DNA of 64,000 nucleotides from Oceanispirochaeta sp. (GTDB lineage Bacteria; Spirochaetota; Spirochaetia; DSM-2461): assembly GCA_963663385.2 (NCBI GenBank), contig CAXXXD010000002.1:192001-256000 (forward strand). Reading direction: 5' to 3'. The number at the start of each line of letters is the position of its first letter. Position 1 is the stretch's first letter. A model generated the notes under the pieces. It did no database searches and was not told where the DNA came from. It was given only the letters and a program-made list of their open reading frames with translations. The position numbers and the translations under genes are program-made. Below, one piece after another: positions 57,917-64,000 of the stretch.

Positions 57917-59379
57917 ACCGGGATACGGATGCGGCAGATTGTTCCCGGAGTGTCCATTGCCGTTATACTCAAACAGGGCCTCCCGTAGTTCAGTTCAAGC
58001 CGCCGGATAACATTTCGAATTCCCATGGACTTTGTTTCATAGTCAGGGTTCATTATTTCATTAATCCTTTCTGAAGATATTCCACAGCCGTTATCGCTTA
58101 TTTCTATCAGAACTCCTTTCTCCTCCTTAAATGCTTTCAGACTGATTGTCCCCGGACGGGAGATAGGCTCAAGGCCATGCTTGATGGCATTCTCAACAAG
58201 GGGTTGCAGGATAAGGGCAGGAACCTGTGTCTGCAGTATCTCTGCATCAATGTCTTCCCTGTAGGACAGTTTTTCTCCAAATCGGGTCTTTTGGATATGT
58301 ATATAACTGTTTATCAGTTCTATCTCTTCCTCCAGAGTCACGATTCTCTTCTGCATAACAAGATTGTAGCGAAGCAGGTCGGAAAGGTTTCGGATCATTT
58401 GTCCTGTCCGGGGTGCTTCTTCAAGGTTGCTTAAGGAATCAATGATGTTCAGGGTATTAAACAGAAAGTGCGGGTTGATTTGTGACTGAAGAAGAGCCAG
58501 TTCCGATTCTTTCAGAAGATTCTCTGTCAGGTGATGCTGAATTTCCCGGTCTTTCAGTTTCTGCTCAAGTTCAGCCTTCTCCTGAATCTCTTCAATCTGA
58601 CAGGTAATGTGCCTGGACATCTCGTTAAAAGAGCGGTACAAAATGGCTATTTCATCCTTCCGGGTGGGAACGTTAAGGTCTGTATGTTTTGCGTTTTTCC
58701 CGAACCGGATCAATTCCATGGCCAGCCGATGTATAGGTTTTGAGATAGATACACTGAAATTCCATGCCAGAAAATAGCAGAAGAGTATTATTATTAGGAG
58801 AACGCTGATATTGATTCTAAGGCTTTTATTCATCTGCATCTTGAAACCAAGGAAGAAGGATCTGAGATTATCCAGAAAGAGAGAATTCAGTTTGTCCAGT
58901 TCTTCCTGTATATATTCGGACAGGTTCAATAGATCGGATTCGGTTCTCCAGACATAAATGCTTTCTGCTCCTTCATCAAACATTTTAAGAAGATCAGCCC
59001 CCCTCTCACTGTAAGTATCGAACATGGCATTCAGGTCTCGCAGGGAATTCCTGATATCCTCATCATCAGTAATCCCTTTAAATTGATTCAACAGGCTTTT
59101 CACCATTGAATAGTCCTGTCTGTAGGATATAAGGTATTCGTCATTGCCGCTTCGGATATAATTGCTGATACTGCTGTTCATTAACTGAAGATGTTTATGA
59201 ATGCTGTGGAGTTCAATCTGATCGTCCACTTTCTTTGAGAGTACTCTATCCTGAGAAGTTATTCTGATCAGTGTATAACTGTTTAGACCTGCAAGGGTGA
59301 GGATTATAACAAAAAATGATCCCAGCAGTTTAAGCCTGAGACCGTAAGGTAGATTTTCCGGAATGTTACGGTTATCCAT
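57913..59379 (-). CDS. Sensor histidine kinase (YesM/LytS-like) with HAMP
   Basis: 2 TM helices, HAMP (DEIAIL..SFNEM), QINPHFLFNTL, QPLVENAIKHG, DNGCG. Confidence 0.93.
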   Translation of the reverse strand: MDNRNIPENLPYGLRLKLLGSFFVIILTLAGLNSYTLIRITSQDRVLSKKVDDQIELHSIHKHLQLMNSSISNYIRSGNDEYLISYRQDYSMVKSLLNQFKGITDDEDIRNSLRDLNAMFDTYSERGADLLKMFDEGAESIYVWRTESDLLNLSEYIQEELDKLNSLFLDNLRSFFLGFKMQMNKSLRINISVLLIIILFCYFLAWNFSVSISKPIHRLAMELIRFGKNAKHTDLNVPTRKDEIAILYRSFNEMSRHITCQIEEIQEKAELEQKLKDREIQHHLTENLLKESELALLQSQINPHFLFNTLNIIDSLSNLEEAPRTGQMIRNLSDLLRYNLVMQKRIVTLEEEIELINSYIHIQKTRFGEKLSYREDIDAEILQTQVPALILQPLVENAIKHGLEPISRPGTISLKAFKEEKGVLIEISDNGCGISSERINEIMNPDYETKSMGIRNVIRRLELNYGRPCLSITAMDTPGTICRIRIPV

Positions 59380-59470
59380 ACTCAGTATTGTACATCCTTT
59401 TACTTCAGAAAGTACATGTACTGCTTATAATACATCTGCCGGGAACCCTGCAGAAACAGGATACAATATT

Positions 59471-59974
59471 TCAATACCTCCTGCTGTCATAAGCCCAGTG
59501 CAGCAGGGCCTGCCTCTGCCTCTTCCGGCACTCAAGAACTCCGTGGGGGCAGTTAATCCTGATCTGGGCAATATGCCTGGTCATCTGCCTCCATCTTTTA
59601 ATCTGCCTCCCGTCATCATCCGACCGCCTGCCATTGTAGTAGCGGCAGTACCACTGGAACCAGCCTCTTGGATCCTCCGGATAAATCCACCCCTTCCGCT
59701 GCCAGTATTGAAGGCTTTTCGAAGCATTGACTCCAAAGAAATTTAAAGCCGGATCATGCTTTTCATGACAGAATCTCACCCCATCAAACCAGTCCTCCGG
59801 AAACTCATCTGTGCAGTCGCTCATATACTTCCCGCCGAAGACACCCAGTTTCAGCATCTCCCCCGGGGTGAGTTCCGGCTTAAAATCCGGATGGAAATTT
59901 TCTCCCTCCGGCTCTGTCAGTAAATAGCGGTAGTTCTTCTGCATAAGGTCGTTTACAACAATCTCTTTGATCAT
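59471..59974 (-). CDS. Conserved-looking Trp/Arg-rich hypothetical protein
   Basis: FKPELTPGEMLKLGVFGGKY, DPRGWFQWYCRYYNGRR, RQALLHWAYD. ATG 59974 lies 1 nt after the DegV stop. Confidence 0.75.
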   Translation of the reverse strand: MIKEIVVNDLMQKNYRYLLTEPEGENFHPDFKPELTPGEMLKLGVFGGKYMSDCTDEFPEDWFDGVRFCHEKHDPALNFFGVNASKSLQYWQRKGWIYPEDPRGWFQWYCRYYNGRRSDDDGRQIKRWRQMTRHIAQIRINCPHGVLECRKRQRQALLHWAYDSRRY

Positions 59975-59975
59975 C

Positions 59976-61781
59976 CTATTCTTTTTCAACCACCCCTATG
60001 GCCAGAGCGCCCCGACCCGAATGCATACCCACCACAGAGGATATATCGGAAATATAATCCGGTGCCTTTTTCAGAATTCCTTCAAGAAGAACGGAAAACT
60101 CTCCAGCCTTCTTTTCTGAGTCTGCATGGACTATGGCATAGGATTCTATTCCTTTCTCTTTTTCCGTATTCTGAATGATACGGGCAATTTTTTTCATAAG
60201 CTGCCCCCGGGTAAAAGCCTTGTCCATGGCTTTTCCTTTCCCCTTTTCATCCAGAGAGACAATCGGTTTGATCCGCAGAGCCCGGGCAATAAACCCTTTA
60301 AGCGGGCTCACGCGGCCTCCCTTTACCATGTATTTGAAAGTACTGACGCTTACATAGATTTTTATCCGCTTTTTCAGCGCCTCCGCAATTGAGACAAGCT
60401 CCTCAAAGCTTTTTCCTTCTGCCGCCTTAATGGCAACTTCTTTTACAAGCAGTCCCTGCGCCACAGAGTTGAGGCAGGTATCCAGAACGGCAATCCTTAA
60501 TTTGTCCCGGTTGAATCTTTCGGCCACTTTTTTCATCTGGTTCCAGGTCCCGCTGAGGGATTTTCCCACAGACAGAACAAGGATATTCTCGTAGTGTTCC
60601 AGAAGATACTGGTAAACAGACTGCACACTGGCCTCGTCGGGGAGGGAACTGCCCGGAAAGGAACTCCTCTGCTGCTGCTGGCGATAGAACTGTCCGGGGG
60701 TGATGGTTACCCGGTCTATATATTCCTCATTGTCCCAGAGTATTTTCAGGCTGATTACATGGACCTGATATTTATCCAGGATTTCCTGAGAAATATCCGC
60801 AATCGAATCGGTCAGGACAGCTGTTTTTGACAGTCTGTTGTTCATAACCTGTTCCTGCCTGATCATATCGTCCGCTTTCTGCTCGGCTACTTCCCCGTAT
60901 TTTCTCAAAAGATCCACAACCTCCCAGGGGTAGTTGGTATGGATATGTATGCGGTCCTTTTCTTTTCCTTTGCTGATAATCAGGGAGTCCCCTTTATCTG
61001 CCAGCTTCTCCTTCAGCACCTTATGGCTCGTCCGTGGTCTGTTTAACAGAATTTCCGTACAGTAGCGGTGTGTTACCCTGTTTCTCAGGCTGTGTCTGGT
61101 GGCTGTGCTTATAATACCGCTGAGGTATTCACTCTGATTTAAAGTCTTTCTGAAGGAAATAGGCACAGGCCCCTTGTAGCGGATCATTTCCGCTCCTTCC
61201 AGAAAGGAAACGACTCCCAGGGCTCCCGCATCAATTACATCATTGTCCTTTAGTACTTTAAGCTGGTTCTTTGTATTGCCCAGCACCTTTTGAGCTGTCT
61301 CCAGGGCTTTTTCAAACACCTGTCCCAGTGGTTTCCTGTCCCGGCTTTCCTGGTAGATGGAATCCGACCAGGCATTTAATACCGTCAGGATGGTTCCCTC
61401 CACAGGGGTTTCCATGGCGTCGTAGGCCATTTCCACCGATTTCCTGGCAGCTTCGGCAAATTCATGTATGGTAAGGGCGTCCTTTCCATCCGTATTAATG
61501 GCCAGGCCGTTCAGATACTGTGAGAAAATAAGCCCCGAATTCCCTCTGGCGCTTTCAAGGGATATACTGGCCATACTACTTAACACCTTTGAGGCGGATC
61601 TGTCCGATTCCAGACGGTTCACAATCATCTTGATGGTTCGCACAAGGTTGTTTCCCGTGTCCCCGTCGGCAACGGGAAATACGTTGATTTCATTCAGGTA
61701 CTCTCTCTGTTTCCGTATACTCTGGAAGCCCAGCAGAAAACTGTGATAAAAATGGTATCCGTTCAGGCAGGCTTCGTTCAT
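59976..61781 (-). CDS. DAK2 (FakA-like) plus DegV (FakB-like) fusion; putative fatty-acid kinase
   Basis: NVFPVADGDTGNN, ARGNSG, PVEGTILTV, HIHT; then TDSIAD, LSGT, GGRVS, HSG. Confidence 0.88.
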   Translation of the reverse strand: MNEACLNGYHFYHSFLLGFQSIRKQREYLNEINVFPVADGDTGNNLVRTIKMIVNRLESDRSASKVLSSMASISLESARGNSGLIFSQYLNGLAINTDGKDALTIHEFAEAARKSVEMAYDAMETPVEGTILTVLNAWSDSIYQESRDRKPLGQVFEKALETAQKVLGNTKNQLKVLKDNDVIDAGALGVVSFLEGAEMIRYKGPVPISFRKTLNQSEYLSGIISTATRHSLRNRVTHRYCTEILLNRPRTSHKVLKEKLADKGDSLIISKGKEKDRIHIHTNYPWEVVDLLRKYGEVAEQKADDMIRQEQVMNNRLSKTAVLTDSIADISQEILDKYQVHVISLKILWDNEEYIDRVTITPGQFYRQQQQRSSFPGSSLPDEASVQSVYQYLLEHYENILVLSVGKSLSGTWNQMKKVAERFNRDKLRIAVLDTCLNSVAQGLLVKEVAIKAAEGKSFEELVSIAEALKKRIKIYVSVSTFKYMVKGGRVSPLKGFIARALRIKPIVSLDEKGKGKAMDKAFTRGQLMKKIARIIQNTEKEKGIESYAIVHADSEKKAGEFSVLLEGILKKAPDYISDISSVVGMHSGRGALAIGVVEKE

Positions 61782-62308
61782 TACCTTGCTCCTGTTTGTT
61801 CCATGTAGATAATTTTATCCCGGTCAAATCCCCTTCTTTCCATCCTGGTAATAATACTCTCCAGTTTGTCCGGATCCATGGAGGGGTCTCTTGCCATAAT
61901 CCACAGGTATTTGTAGTTACTCGTGGCTATAACCGTGTAGGAGTAGGTCTCATCCAGTTCTATAATGTAGTAGGGGAGCTTAAGAGGCCACAGGGGGCGG
62001 ACCCGCCAATCCGCATTGGTTTCATTGTTATAAATCCATCCCTTCTGATACATGATTTTTTCTTTACCCTTTTTTGTAAAAGTGTACTCAACCCTTATGT
62101 TTCCCTCTTTGTCAAAACTGTAGTTTTCCACCCCGTTGCTGGCCCCTTTCTCAAAACTGGTGGGTATCAGAGCCAGAACAAACCAGTCTCCGGAAAATTT
62201 TTCCATATCCACGTAATCTACAGTTTTGTGAAACGCTTCTTTCTCACCGCCTGCCCAGGCTGTCATCGCTGTTCCCATTATGGTTAAAAAAATAATTGTA
62301 TTTTTCAT
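61781..62308 (-). CDS. Blc-like lipocalin (secreted, no lipobox Cys)
   Basis: VDMEKFSGDWF (GxW), YYIIELDETY, YLWIMAR. Confidence 0.88.
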   Translation of the reverse strand: MKNTIIFLTIMGTAMTAWAGGEKEAFHKTVDYVDMEKFSGDWFVLALIPTSFEKGASNGVENYSFDKEGNIRVEYTFTKKGKEKIMYQKGWIYNNETNADWRVRPLWPLKLPYYIIELDETYSYTVIATSNYKYLWIMARDPSMDPDKLESIITRMERRGFDRDKIIYMEQTGAR

Positions 62309-62309
62309 T

Positions 62310-63200
62310 TTATCCTTCCTTCTTCTTTTCCAATTCTAAGGCAAAGTCATAGGCCTTATCCAGCAGATTCGGGATATAGCCTATTCTGGAATAGGACGCC
62401 GCCATTTCCTTGTTGAATCCTCTCCCCGATATAACAATGGGACAGGAAATGCTGCCGCTTTCATCCAGATTCTTCAGATACGCGTTAAGTCCGTTCTGAA
62501 ACAGGTCCGTAATAATAGAGATATTTATCAGATCCGGTTTGTATTTTTCAGCCAGTAAAATCAGATCATTTACGGGAACATCGGGCCCAAGGAAATAGGT
62601 CCTCCAGCCCCTGTTCCGCAGAAGCTGGGAATACATGAAAACACCCAGGTCATGTTTGTCCGACGGGGCGCATAATCCCAGCCATACATTCTGTTCTGTG
62701 TCCTCTTTTTCTGTATTATTTCTTTCATTGGCAGAAATCAGGGCTATCAGCTCCCTTAACCGTTCACTTATCAGATGCTCTTCCAGTACCGATAGGGTTC
62801 CCCCCTGCCACCGGATACCTGTTTCATACAGCGCCGGGAGTATTATTTCACGGAAGCTTTCCCGCAGATCATATCCCCCGGATCTCTTCCAACCCAGAAT
62901 ATAATTCAGACAGTGGTCAAAGGAGTCATTTAATATACTGTGAAGCAGCTCTCCCGTATTGAATGTATCCCGGTTTAATCCTTTTCCGGCTGGTCTTACA
63001 TGGCAGAAAAGGAGATCGAGCGATAATCCCAGTGTTTCTGCCAGTTTAATAAGGGTTTTCTCCCCGGGAAATCTTGTGCCTCTTTCGTAATTGGCAATGC
63101 TCACCTGACCCAGGCCGGATTCTTTACCCAGTTCTGATTGGGTAAAACCCATTTTCTTTCTATAAAACCTTAGATTCCTGCCGAAAATATTATCATTCAT
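62310..63200 (-). CDS. XRE-HTH plus cobalamin-binding regulator with CarH/LitR-type B12 motifs
   Basis: TQSELG..IANYERGTRFP (XRE HTH); W-x9-EH (WQGGTLSVLEEH), DKHDLG (DxHxxG), FLGPDVP, ISGRG. Confidence 0.88.
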   Translation of the reverse strand: MNDNIFGRNLRFYRKKMGFTQSELGKESGLGQVSIANYERGTRFPGEKTLIKLAETLGLSLDLLFCHVRPAGKGLNRDTFNTGELLHSILNDSFDHCLNYILGWKRSGGYDLRESFREIILPALYETGIRWQGGTLSVLEEHLISERLRELIALISANERNNTEKEDTEQNVWLGLCAPSDKHDLGVFMYSQLLRNRGWRTYFLGPDVPVNDLILLAEKYKPDLINISIITDLFQNGLNAYLKNLDESGSISCPIVISGRGFNKEMAASYSRIGYIPNLLDKAYDFALELEKKKEG

Positions 63201-63206
63201 ATTCTG

Positions 63207-63270
63207 AATATAACATTAAGTTATATAAAAGTCAAAAAAACTTGCAATAATAACAATATGGTATTATTAT
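63207..63270. promoter_or_regulatory. Back-to-back sigma70 promoters, each overlapped by an ATAAC-N5-G(T/G)TAT palindrome
   Basis: Minus strand: TTGACT 63235-63230, 17 nt, TATATT 63212-63207. Plus strand: TTGCAA 63242-63247, 17 nt, TATTAT 63265-63270. Operators ATATAAC-attaa-GTTATAT 63208-63226 and AATAATAAC-aatat-GGTATTATT 63246-63268. Confidence 0.78.
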
Positions 63271-63298
63271 TAAATTACTAGGAAATAGGAGAGAAAAA

Positions 63299-64000
63299 AT
63301 GAAACAGATTGTTTTAATGATAATAATTTCAATATTTATGGAGAGTGCTTTTTCAAACGAGGCTGTAGAGGTCATGAGAGGATATATTTACAGAAAGGGA
63401 ACTCAGGAGCAGGACCTGATGTATGTGCAGAAGGAGATAAGGCAACAGTTTGATAAAGCAGAAAGTATCAGTCACCAGTATTACGGCGCTGACAATGAGC
63501 TTGAAGCTTTCGAAACGGTGAAACTGGAAAACGGAGTAATCGATCTGTATGAAACAGCTATCAACGGGCTGAATTTTGAAGGATCATTGCAGATAAAAGA
63601 AAACAGCATTAAACTTATGAGAGTACAGGATGGTAAATTTAAAGAGAGGGAAATCAGAATTAAAGAGAATCTTATTGTTGGCCCCATGCTTCCTTCTTTT
63701 GTAGAGCAGAATGCAGATGATCTTATGGCCGGAGAAAAGGTAGTATTTTATCTGCCCTTCTTTGATGGTATGACTTTGATTCCCATGGTTCTGGAAGCTA
63801 AAGACAGCCGGGATAACGGAGAAAGTAATACTTTTACCATAGAAATGAAGCTGAAAAGCAGGCTGTTGAGCCTTTTTATAGACACCATTGATATGGTTCT
63901 GGATAAAAATACAGGCAAAATTGTGGAAATCCACGGCCCTACCATACTACCGGATCCTGTGAACTCCAGTTCCAGAGAATTTGTTGATGCCAATATCTAC
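63299..64000 (+). CDS. Secreted hypothetical protein (3' end runs off the window; absent from the ORF track)
   Basis: AGGAGAG RBS. MKQIVLMIIISIFMESAFS signal-like start; frame stays open to the window end (…IVEIHGPTILPDP…). Confidence 0.75.
   Translation, partial: MKQIVLMIIISIFMESAFSNEAVEVMRGYIYRKGTQEQDLMYVQKEIRQQFDKAESISHQYYGADNELEAFETVKLENGVIDLYETAINGLNFEGSLQIKENSIKLMRVQDGKFKEREIRIKENLIVGPMLPSFVEQNADDLMAGEKVVFYLPFFDGMTLIPMVLEAKDSRDNGESNTFTIEMKLKSRLLSLFIDTIDMVLDKNTGKIVEIHGPTILPDPVNSSSREFVDANIY

Noticed and set aside
63481..63993. Short minus-strand ORFs at the window end
   Set aside because: Shadows of the plus-strand gene starting at 63299.

Overview
A gene-dense chromosomal window, probably from a free-living anaerobic spirochaete (Spirochaetaceae-like). 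That assignment is inferred from the 'A-x-G-x-x-E/D' signal-peptide ends of the solute-binding proteins and from gene content. In order it holds: (1) cysE (partial), a patatin, a KamA-like radical SAM enzyme and a NUDIX hydrolase; (2) a tetrapyrrole/anaerobic corrin cluster (hemL, a CysG-N/SirC-HemA fusion, a HemC-CobA-HemD fusion, hemB, an AT-rich GGDEF gene, then cbiA-C-D-L-F-G-H); (3) several carbohydrate loci: GH36+AraC; two GntRs with TIM-barrel isomerases, a TTT transporter, a split transketolase and a 2-hydroxyacid dehydrogenase; ABC+GH63-like+phosphatase+GDPD; LacI+ABC+PfkB+GH4; and CUT2 ABC+URO-D-like protein+YesMN-like pair; (4) a VIT1-ferritin gene, ywbE, and a yjdF-type riboswitch in front of a DUF2992 gene; (5) an AT-rich divergent two-component pair; (6) an XRE-HTH/B12-binding regulator with CarH photoreceptor motifs heading a lipocalin, FakA-FakB fusion, unknown Trp-rich gene operon, with twin palindromic operators. 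The strongest leads are the XRE-B12 regulator locus, the HemC module that lacks its cofactor-anchoring domain 3, the HemA that lacks its dimerisation domain, the yjdF riboswitch, apparent leaderless promoters and a dispersed REP/REPIN-like repeat. I saw no rRNA, tRNA, CRISPR array or transposase. All calls were made by eye, without database searches.
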